Positions 1-8,200 of a stretch of DNA of 24,024 nt are shown piece after piece. Every line of letters starts with the position of its first letter. Within the stretch, counting starts at the first letter, position 1. Location: positions 1 to 24,024 of the IMG/VR virus record IMGVR_UViG_3300044267_002438; one strand, written 5' to 3'. This stretch comes from a virus (taxonomy: Duplodnaviria > Caudoviricetes). The notes beneath the pieces were generated by a model. That model was given only the letters and a program-made list of their open reading frames with translations, was not told where the DNA came from and searched no databases. Position numbers and translations under genes: made by a program.

Positions 1-38
1 GGGTTGCTTGCTATCAGGTTGAGCAAATCGACAACTAA
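1..38 (+). CDS. 3' end of an upstream gene (partial, ...VACYQVEQIDN*)
   Basis: Open frame 3..35 ending in TAA at 36-38, directly before a strong hairpin. Too short to assign a function. Confidence 0.5.
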   Translation, partial: VACYQVEQIDN

Positions 39-47
39 TTGTTAGTC

Positions 48-92
48 TAAAGTAGGGTGTAGTCAGTATTCTCTGGCTACGCCCTTACTTTA
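48..92 (+). terminator. Long imperfect stem-loop (intrinsic terminator or RNase III-type processing site)
   Basis: TAAAGTAGGGTGTAGTCAG (48-66) pairs with CTGGCTACGCCCTTACTTTA (73-92): 19 bp, 2 G-U pairs, one bulged U, 6-nt loop. It is intergenic and followed by a GGAGG RBS at 96-100. Confidence 0.65.
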
Positions 93-105
93 ATTGGAGG
101 GGAAA

Positions 106-324
106 ATGCCAGAAGAACATAAACACATACAGATTCTTTCAGATGAAATAAGGGATGTATTAGGAGGCTTGAATGCTGCACAGCAGAAAGCTCTTGATGA
201 AGCCCATGAAATTTATCACAAACGAGCCAGCGGCCCATTGCCTTGGGAAGTTCAGGTTGCAATTGTTTCAATTGCTAAAAGCCAGAGCAAGGCTGCGGTC
301 AAAAAGAAAGTTGCTACTAAATGA
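106..324 (+). CDS. Hypothetical 72-aa helical protein with basic C-terminus
   Basis: GGAGG RBS at 96-100 favours ATG at 106 over the TTG at 94. The stop overlaps the next start (ATGA, 321-324). Confidence 0.75.
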   Translation: MPEEHKHIQILSDEIRDVLGGLNAAQQKALDEAHEIYHKRASGPLPWEVQVAIVSIAKSQSKAAVKKKVATK

Positions 325-1424
325 GTTTTGTTAGAAACGAAGCTGTAACAGGGTTTACCTTTGGTCTTGTAAACAAGACTACTGGTGCTGCCTTGACGGG
401 TGTTGCTAGTGCAATTGGAAAATATATAACCAAAGATGGTGGTACTCAAGCCAGCATTGCAGGTTCAATTGCAGAAGAAGGTAACGGCCAATACAGCGTC
501 AACCTTACAGCAGCGGAAATGAATGCCGCAGTTGTAGGTCTTCTATTTACTCACACGAATGCAATTCCCGTTAGTTTTAATATTAAGACTATCGGAAGTC
601 CTGCTGATACAAGTACAGAATCAACTCTATCAATTAACTTAACTCAGCTTCGCAAAGAAGTAGGTTGGCATTATCTAGGTGAACGTGATTCATCTAATTG
701 GTCTACTGATGAGTTAGCTCAAATTGATGAGATAATAAATTCCGGGTTACGTCAGTTCTACCATCCCACGCCGGTGATGGGAGCTAGGTTAAGCCACAAG
801 TGGAGTTTTATGGAGCCTACTACGACTCTCACGACCGTAGCTGGCACTGATACTTATCAGCTTTCTGCTAACTTTGGTGGCATGATAGGAATCATGACAT
901 ATGCTTCCACTGACAATAGGTGGTTCCCTATTGAACTGACGGGAGAGCATCGCATTAGAATCTTAAAGCAAAGAGACTATGGAACAGTTAAATCTGACCC
1001 AAAACTCTACGCAGTAAGACCAAAGACAAGCGATGGCTCCAATGGGCAACGATTTGAATTGATGTTATACCCTACACCTGATACGGCGTATACCCTTTCT
1101 TATCGCTATCATGCCCTACCCGGAAAGTTAACAACCGGCAATCCTTACCCATTGGGTGGCGAGGCTCATGCCGAAACAATATTGGAATCTTGTTTAGCAA
1201 TATCTGAATCTAGAATTGATAACAATGCTGGAATACATAATGCTGCATTTCAACAAAGACTTGCAGCTTCAATTAGTTATGATAAGGTTCTTCAAAGTCC
1301 AGAGTATCTTGGTTACAACGCAGACCGTAGTGATGGACGAGCTATTTCAGAAGCAGAAAACAGGTCGATGAATGGTGACATTGTTAAGTACAATGGCAGT
1401 TATTACTCAGACGTTAATCCATAG
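321..1424 (+). CDS. Head-tail adaptor (podovirus type) with an additional ~95-aa N-terminal beta-rich domain
   Basis: Residues ~105-340 show the adaptor pattern LRKEV...IINSGLRQF...WSFM...TTVAGTDTYQL...PKLYAV...LYPTPDTAYTLSYRY. It lies upstream of the nozzle-like gene. Confidence 0.7.
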   Translation: MSFVRNEAVTGFTFGLVNKTTGAALTGVASAIGKYITKDGGTQASIAGSIAEEGNGQYSVNLTAAEMNAAVVGLLFTHTNAIPVSFNIKTIGSPADTSTESTLSINLTQLRKEVGWHYLGERDSSNWSTDELAQIDEIINSGLRQFYHPTPVMGARLSHKWSFMEPTTTLTTVAGTDTYQLSANFGGMIGIMTYASTDNRWFPIELTGEHRIRILKQRDYGTVKSDPKLYAVRPKTSDGSNGQRFELMLYPTPDTAYTLSYRYHALPGKLTTGNPYPLGGEAHAETILESCLAISESRIDNNAGIHNAAFQQRLAASISYDKVLQSPEYLGYNADRSDGRAISEAENRSMNGDIVKYNGSYYSDVNP

Positions 1425-1431
1425 GTGAAAC

Positions 1432-1761
1432 ATGTATACCACACCACAAAATGATGTAATTACATCAGTTACCGTAGCGGCCAGTATTGGTGATTCTGAC
1501 CCTATCGTTTTTAAGGGCTTCACTGGAGGTGTAGTGATTCTGCATCCCGATTCATCAAGCCCCACAACTACACTTAATTACTATGTTTCATCTACAGAGG
1601 GTGGGACTTACTACGAACTTAAGAACGCCTCAGGTGCTGTGCAGGATACAGTAGCTGTTGAAAAGGCTTGGCCGTTACCCGCCGAACTAAAGGGTGCTGC
1701 CTACATTAAATTACTTGGAAATAACGCAGGTGTTGTAGACCTGCACCTCACAAGCTCATAG
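1432..1761 (+). CDS. Small beta-rich putative virion protein (109 aa)
   Basis: AGGTG RBS before the ATG; alternating beta-strand pattern; located between adaptor and nozzle genes. Confidence 0.6.
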   Translation: MYTTPQNDVITSVTVAASIGDSDPIVFKGFTGGVVILHPDSSSPTTTLNYYVSSTEGGTYYELKNASGAVQDTVAVEKAWPLPAELKGAAYIKLLGNNAGVVDLHLTSS

Positions 1762-1771
1762 GAGAACTTAA

Positions 1772-2191
1772 ATGAGTGGACATAATATTTTACAGCAGAT
1801 TCAATCCACAACCGAATTGGAAATAGAAGACCCCGGTGCAAATGGAACGATTGAAATTGACCGTAGCTTTGGCATTTGCAATGTCAGCACTACAAGTGCA
1901 ACCAATGGTGGCAAACGAATTTTGGCTAACCCAAAACGTACTGGCATTGTTATCACCGTTAATCTACAAGCCAAGGATACAAACAACCTTGAAATTACAG
2001 GTGCAAATAGTGATACCGCCGTGGACGGAAGTGGAGACCCTATTGCAACTAAAATTGGTTCGATTGATGGTACACAAACCGTCAAGATGACCTGCGCTGA
2101 CGCTGGTGACACCGTTAGTTTTATTAGCACCCAATTAGGCAGCGACTTAATTTGGAATGTGTTCGCTAACAATGGCGGTACATTGAGCTAA
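1772..2191 (+). CDS. Putative virion/tail accessory protein (139 aa, G/T/N-rich, beta)
   Basis: AGGAG RBS; TAATG coupling to the next gene; composition typical of tail structural proteins. Confidence 0.6.
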   Translation: MSGHNILQQIQSTTELEIEDPGANGTIEIDRSFGICNVSTTSATNGGKRILANPKRTGIVITVNLQAKDTNNLEITGANSDTAVDGSGDPIATKIGSIDGTQTVKMTCADAGDTVSFISTQLGSDLIWNVFANNGGTLS

Positions 2192-3762
2192 TGGGTCGTA
2201 ATCGGACAAGGTTTGATATGCCTTGGCCGACGAAAGGACTCGTTGAATCGCTGGGTTATGAAACGCAACCTCGTGGTACTACGGTTGATTGCCAGAACGT
2301 CAGAGCTTACGACCCCGGAACAGGACGTTCACGGGGTGGTCAGCGTGCTGGGTTAGCAAAGTATGTAAACGCCAGAACTGCGGACGGCAAAGTCCAAGAC
2401 CTCGGCCAAGTGGTAGGTAGAGATACCCCTTCTGACCAATCAGAAGTGGGTGCGCGTACTGTCTACAATTATGCAGTTACTAATGGTACTGTGGCTAAAG
2501 TTACAACAAGTGGCTTTACTACAGCTACCAATGGTAGTGGTGCGTTGTCTTCGTCTGTACCTGCTGTCTTTAGTGCTGAGATGTTTGGTACTGTCTACTT
2601 TGCTGATGGTGCTAGTGTTAAAAAGTGGACTGCTTCTACAAATACTGTAGCTACATGGACGGCATCGTCAGGTTCTCTTCCTGTCGATAGCGGGAATGAG
2701 CCAAGGCTTATTGAGTCTTGGAATGGCCGCATTGTTATGAGTGGTATAAGTAGTGACCCTCATAACTGGTTTATGTCGGCAGTAGGCGACCCTAATAATT
2801 GGAACTATTCGCCTTCAGTTACAACTCAAACCCAAGCTGTAGCTGGTAATAATGCAGAAGCTGGTAAGTCTCAAGACATTGTTAATGCAATGTGTCCTTA
2901 CAGTGATGATATTCTTATTATCTTTGGCGACCACAGCATCTGGCAAATGACTGGCGACCCTGCGGCTGGTGGTCGTTTTGACCTTATTAGTTCTAGCATT
3001 GGTGCACCGTTTGGTAGGCCGTATTGCAAATCACCAGAAGGTGTTTTGTATTTCTTTGGAAGTCGTGGTGGTGTCTATCGTATGCAACCGGGCCAAGCTC
3101 CAGTCAATATAACTGAGCAGCAAATCCAAGACAGGATGAATCAATACAACGCTAATACTACATTAGTGCGTATGGTTTGGTCTGACAGAGAGCGTGGTGT
3201 ATATGTTTTTCTTACTCCGTTAGGAGGAGGAGCAACAACTAATTATTACTACGATGTTCGTAACCAAAGCTGGTGGCCGGATAAGTTTGGAAATAACGAC
3301 CATAACCCAATCAGTGTCCATACATTTGATGGAGATGCCGCATCTGACCGAACAGTTCTCCTTGGCGGTCAAGATGGGTACGTAAGAAAGTTTGATTACG
3401 ACACACCATCTAAATCAGATGATGGCACGGCAATAGACAGCTATGTTTATCTTGGCCCCTGTCAGTTACAAGGAAGACCTAAGTTAATGCTGACTGAGTT
3501 GAAGGCGGCTTTAGGTACCGGAAGTAGCGATATAACTTTCGGTATATATGGAGCCGAGACTGCTCAGGCTGCACATGCTTTGAGTAGTGCAGATTTTACT
3601 GGTACGTTTTCAGCGGGCCGGAATAAAAGTGAAAGAAGAAGGGCTATGGGGCATGATATTTTTATCAAGTTCCAAAACAACTCAGACAACCAAGCGTGGT
3701 CTTATGAGTTTATGGGAGTAGAGTTAAACAGTTTCGATGGCCCAAGAGCGAGGCAGTGGTAA
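2191..3762 (+). CDS. Tail nozzle / DNA stabilization protein (T7 gp12- / P22 gp10-like beta-propeller)
   Basis: 523 aa. N-terminal GL...QNVR...R.G motif, repeated propeller-like blades (WNGRIVMSG, SAVGDPNNW, LIIFGDHSIWQMTG, VLYFFGSRGGVYRM, YYYDVRNQSWW) and a C-terminal beta-sandwich. Gene order adaptor, nozzle, ejection proteins fits. Confidence 0.7.
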   Translation: MGRNRTRFDMPWPTKGLVESLGYETQPRGTTVDCQNVRAYDPGTGRSRGGQRAGLAKYVNARTADGKVQDLGQVVGRDTPSDQSEVGARTVYNYAVTNGTVAKVTTSGFTTATNGSGALSSSVPAVFSAEMFGTVYFADGASVKKWTASTNTVATWTASSGSLPVDSGNEPRLIESWNGRIVMSGISSDPHNWFMSAVGDPNNWNYSPSVTTQTQAVAGNNAEAGKSQDIVNAMCPYSDDILIIFGDHSIWQMTGDPAAGGRFDLISSSIGAPFGRPYCKSPEGVLYFFGSRGGVYRMQPGQAPVNITEQQIQDRMNQYNANTTLVRMVWSDRERGVYVFLTPLGGGATTNYYYDVRNQSWWPDKFGNNDHNPISVHTFDGDAASDRTVLLGGQDGYVRKFDYDTPSKSDDGTAIDSYVYLGPCQLQGRPKLMLTELKAALGTGSSDITFGIYGAETAQAAHALSSADFTGTFSAGRNKSERRRAMGHDIFIKFQNNSDNQAWSYEFMGVELNSFDGPRARQW

Positions 3763-4037
3763 TGGGAGTATTAAGCAATGCACCAAGAGACCCTTCTCAT
3801 GGTTCCAGACAACGTAGATTAAGTAATCAGCTTTCAACAGCACCGGCATCTACGGTTACGTTAACAGCTAACACTGTAATACCTGTAGTTACTAGCGATG
3901 AAACTGACTCAACAGATTTAAATACTAGTCCAGTCGATGGCGAGATTGTCTTGTTATTTGGTGGAGGCTCTACAGCAAAGTTATGTGTTGCCTACGGTGG
4001 TAACTGGTATGAAGAAACATTAACCCAAATGAGCTAA
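3762..4037 (+). CDS. Small putative tail protein (91 aa)
   Basis: TAATG coupling at 3760-3764 favours ATG 3762. C-terminal DGEIVL...KLCVAYGGNW resembles short beta motifs of tail fibre or needle proteins. Confidence 0.55.
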   Translation: MGVLSNAPRDPSHGSRQRRLSNQLSTAPASTVTLTANTVIPVVTSDETDSTDLNTSPVDGEIVLLFGGGSTAKLCVAYGGNWYEETLTQMS

Positions 4038-4039
4038 TC

Positions 4040-5251
4040 ATGGATATGCCAAACGAATATTACAATCAAGGTCGTCGTCGAGGAAACCAGCCCGGTGGTA
4101 TGTTTTATCAAACACCAATGGGTATGCCTACAAGTATGCAGTCTAACCCTGCTATGGCTATGGAAATGCAAAACAACTACGATGTAGCTTCTGGTGGATA
4201 CCGGCCTTCTCCACTCCCCGGCAATAGACCTCCTATGATGCCGGGGCAGATGCCGCCCGGCCCGTCTATGCCCGGTATGCCAATACCTAAAAATCCATTG
4301 CAGGCTCCAAATTTCCCTGATGGAGGGCCGGGCATGGAAGGTTATCAGGGGATTCCTTATGAAGGCAATCCGGGGCAAGCCCCTCCTACCAGACCTGACT
4401 TGTTTCCTCCTACGACAGGGCCGACCGGCGGTACTCGCATTCCCGGTGGCCCATTGCAAGAGAGTCCATTAGGTGGAAGTATGCCCGGTGTTAGAGCCGG
4501 TGAAGGTGGGCAAATGAGTGAAGGAATGAGTCGTCCTAGAACAGGTGGCAGACGAATGCCAACAGGTGGAGGGCAAGTTATCGACGGCGGTTGGGATAGA
4601 GGTCAACGACAAGGTGGAGGCGGTAGTCAACGGCAAGGTATGCTTCCTCCCCCTCCGCCTTCTCAACGTGGAAACAATCAAGGCGGTGGTGGTGGCATGG
4701 GTGCCCAAAGGTCTTACTCTTCGTCTTACAATCCTAATACTAATAGAAACCGAAACACGACAAACCGATACTCCACTGGCGGCAACATGAACGCCAATCG
4801 ACTTGGAAGTCGTGCTTATGGTAGGCGGCAAGGTAGTGCATCTCCTTCGAGTAGTAGATACAATCCCTTTTTCGCAAGTGGTCGTTATCAGCCCCGAAGT
4901 GGTAGAGGCAGTTACGATACCGGAGGTTTGTATTCGCCGGGAAGCGGTGGTTATTCGCCGGGAGGTCATTATGATAGGTACCCACGTTCACCCGGAATGC
5001 CCAGCGTAACCAATCGCAATACTTACAATAACAGAACTTACAACACTAACCGTAATTACGACCAGCGTAGAACCTACAACACGCAAACATTTAACCAAGG
5101 CGACACCTCGATACAAGGGCCGAGAATTGCCAAGAAGATGGGTAGAATGCAAGGTTACAGTCCTATGATGCACGGTAGTCAATCACGACAAATTGGTGGG
5201 TTAAGAAATCTTCAACGAATGTTAGCTGCTATGCGTGGAGGACGCAGGTAA
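4040..5251 (+). CDS. Low-complexity, predicted intrinsically disordered protein (403 aa); putative ejected/internal virion protein
   Basis: Longest ORF over the interval and TAATG-coupled to the next gene. P/M/G/Q-rich N-half and R/G/S/Y/N-rich C-half. Function inferred only from position. Confidence 0.7.
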   Translation: MDMPNEYYNQGRRRGNQPGGMFYQTPMGMPTSMQSNPAMAMEMQNNYDVASGGYRPSPLPGNRPPMMPGQMPPGPSMPGMPIPKNPLQAPNFPDGGPGMEGYQGIPYEGNPGQAPPTRPDLFPPTTGPTGGTRIPGGPLQESPLGGSMPGVRAGEGGQMSEGMSRPRTGGRRMPTGGGQVIDGGWDRGQRQGGGGSQRQGMLPPPPPSQRGNNQGGGGGMGAQRSYSSSYNPNTNRNRNTTNRYSTGGNMNANRLGSRAYGRRQGSASPSSSRYNPFFASGRYQPRSGRGSYDTGGLYSPGSGGYSPGGHYDRYPRSPGMPSVTNRNTYNNRTYNTNRNYDQRRTYNTQTFNQGDTSIQGPRIAKKMGRMQGYSPMMHGSQSRQIGGLRNLQRMLAAMRGGRR

Positions 5252-8200
5252 TGGCTTTAAGTAAAGCACAAAAAGAACTTGAAAAAGCAGTCGCTGGAAA
5301 AAGCTGGGCTGATGTTTCAAGTAAGTGGACTAAAGGTCTGGATAAAGACCCTACGTGGAAAAAGATACTCAATAAAGCAGTTGCCAATAAAGACGGCAAG
5401 TTGTATTTCTACTACGGCGAAGGCCGTGGTGAAGGTATGTTAAGCCCCATAAAAACAATTAAACAATTGTATGGCGGCTTCAAAGGAAAGATGAAAGATG
5501 AGTACGTAAAAAATCTGCTGTCTGAACACAGTGGAGCAAAAGCCTTTAAGGAAAGAGGGGCACATTACTATGGTGCGGGAATGTCTGGACACAACCGCAA
5601 CCCGGAAATTGAAGGGTCATTTCACGACCCTAGAGATTTTTTTGACGCTGGTGGTAAGGCACTACAAAAGGATAAAAAGCACGAAGGCCCTAATATAACA
5701 ATGGAAGGCAGGTCACAAAACTTCAATAAAATGAAGGGTGGCTTACCGGAAAATTGGAGAGAAGGGGCTACAAATATTGGTGAGTATCGTTGGGTCAAAG
5801 ATGGCGTATACATAACAAAAGGTAAGGATGGTAAATACCAAGCACAAGACCCTCAAGGGAAAGTCTCTAAAAACCTAGACCTCAAAGGTGAAACTTGGAA
5901 AAAAGATGCTGGATTTAAATATTCACGGTTAAATCCAAACAGGGAATCGTCACGTTCACGTTTTAGAAACTTGACTGGTTTTGACAAACATCAAACACCT
6001 GAATGGCAAAAGAAAGCGAAGATTGATGCTCATAAAAAAATAGAAAGCCGTAAAGCAAATACTACTGACGGGCAAAAGATGTTTGATGTCCAAGGAAGAG
6101 GGACTTTATACAAACAAAAAAACGGTGAATATGCGTTTATATCAAAAGATGCTAAGACTGGGAAAACAAAAAGAGATTATGTAAATCCGGCGATATTTGA
6201 TGTTTACGAAAAACAAAATCAACGGAAAGAAAAAAAAGCCAGTGAAAAATTAGAGGCTGATAAAACAAGAATGCAACAAAGACTGGATTTTATTAAGTCT
6301 GGTGGCGGTGATATAAATTCACCACAATACAAAAATGTGCGTGACGACTGGGAAAAACTGCACGGTAAAAAATTTCCTGCTCAACAATCCGAATTGAAAA
6401 AAGAGCCTGACATGAGTCCATACATAAAAAAGAAGCCTAAGACCAATCAACAGCAGACATCAATTGGGAAGATGGAAGTTCGGTTGCAAAACCGTAAACG
6501 TGAGGAAGTTGATACTTACCGTCGAGGCAATAATCTTTATTATAAAGACCCTAATAACGGTCGTGAAATACGAATTGCACATGGCGGTGACGCAAAGGGT
6601 CTTGATAGCATAATAAGAAATTTCAAAAGAAGTGGTCGTCTTAAAACGGGAGAGGTAAAGTCTGCTGCTGAAAAAGCGGAAACTAAAAAAAGGCTTGAGC
6701 AAGGGGTGGGAGTGGTTCAATCAGCAGCTAACAAGAGAAAGTTAGATGCCCAAATGGAAGCGGCTAAAGAGAAGCCTTCCGTAAAAGCAGCAGAAGCTAA
6801 ACTCCAACAAGACAAAGATGACATTGCTTATAAGTCAGGCCAGAAGAATTTCCCTAAGACAATTGACGGAATACGTGAGTTCGGTGAATTTGGAAAAAGA
6901 CAAGGTTGGTCTAAAGAAAAAATTGGCATGGAAGTTTACCGGGCTTCTAAAGACTTAATGCCAGAAAGAAGACCTGACTGGCAATCGGATTTAAATAAAG
7001 TTCTTGATACCTTTGGTGGTAGAAATCTTTCCACAGTAAAAGATGACAAACCACAGCAACAGCAGCAACAGCAGAAACCCCAAAGCGCATTAGCGAACAT
7101 GCGTGACACTGTAGCACCGGGCAAATCAATACGTCCTGATGCAAACGTAACAAGGCCACCAGCGGAAAACGCAGGTGCTAATCAGGCAGGCCGACCGCAA
7201 GGTTTAAGCCCTGCTCCTGTAAACAAACCTGAACCACAGGGTATGCTACCACCACCAGCGCCTCCGGCAGAGGATGCCGTCTCCCAACGCCCACCTGTGC
7301 AGATAGGACTGCCCGGTCTTGGTGGTGGTGGCGGACTGCCCGGTCAACCCGGCGGTGTCGGCGCGATTCTTCCACCCCCAGCAGGCGGAAGTGGCTCCGG
7401 CCAAGGAGGCGGTCAAGGAGGCGGTCAGGGAGGCGGTCAGGGAGGCGGTCAAGGAGGCGGTCAGGGAGGATTTTACGGCGATACCACTGGGGAATATTTT
7501 GACGAAGGTTTTGATACTGGTGGTCTAGGAGGTGGCATGAGCGACATGGGCGGTGCGATGGGTATGCACGGCTTTCTACCTAGTGGCGGATACAGTGGAG
7601 CATCAGGGCCAAACAATGAATCATGGTGGAATCCAGTAAGTGGACTTCCCGGTGGCGGAAATTACACAGGTAAGCGTGTGCCTTGGGGTAAAGCTGAATG
7701 GCAAATGGATGCCGATGCTGACGCTAATTACACTGGGCCACGTTCATTGCTTGAGTGGGTAATGCAAGAATATCAGCAGGCTCACGATGCAGGTAAGCAA
7801 GCAAACCTTGAAAGATACGAAGAAATTGTAGGAGACCGTGAAGGTTTAATTGCTGATGCACGCCAAGACCGAAGTGATATTGGTGACCAATATTCTGATT
7901 TGAGAAAAGGTGCAGTAAAAAGAGGTGAAGCTGATGTAGTAACTTCCCAAGGTGCTTACGGTGCAGGCCGTAAGGGAATTGAGGACAGAGGGCAGGGAAG
8001 ACTCCGTGGTCTGATGCAAGGGTATCAATCAGGACGACAAGACCTTGCTGGTCAAACTAACCAAAACCTTGGAACACTTGCTGGATTAAGTGGTGCTAAT
8101 GTAGCTCAAATGGGCGGATTAGCAGATACGGCAAGAGAAGGAGTCACTGATAGATATGCAAAAGACCAAGCTGCTTTACAGCAGGGGTATGGTGGTTTCG

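Noticed and set aside
4034-5182. Several antisense and alternate-frame ORFs over the 403-aa gene
   Set aside because: Expected from a GC-richer low-complexity coding region; they are not coupled to neighbours, whereas the + frame is.
7399-7470. Regular short repeats as a possible CRISPR array or iterons
   Set aside because: Contiguous 12-bp units with no spacers, encoding GQGG. No CRISPR-like repeat-spacer pattern was seen anywhere in the window.
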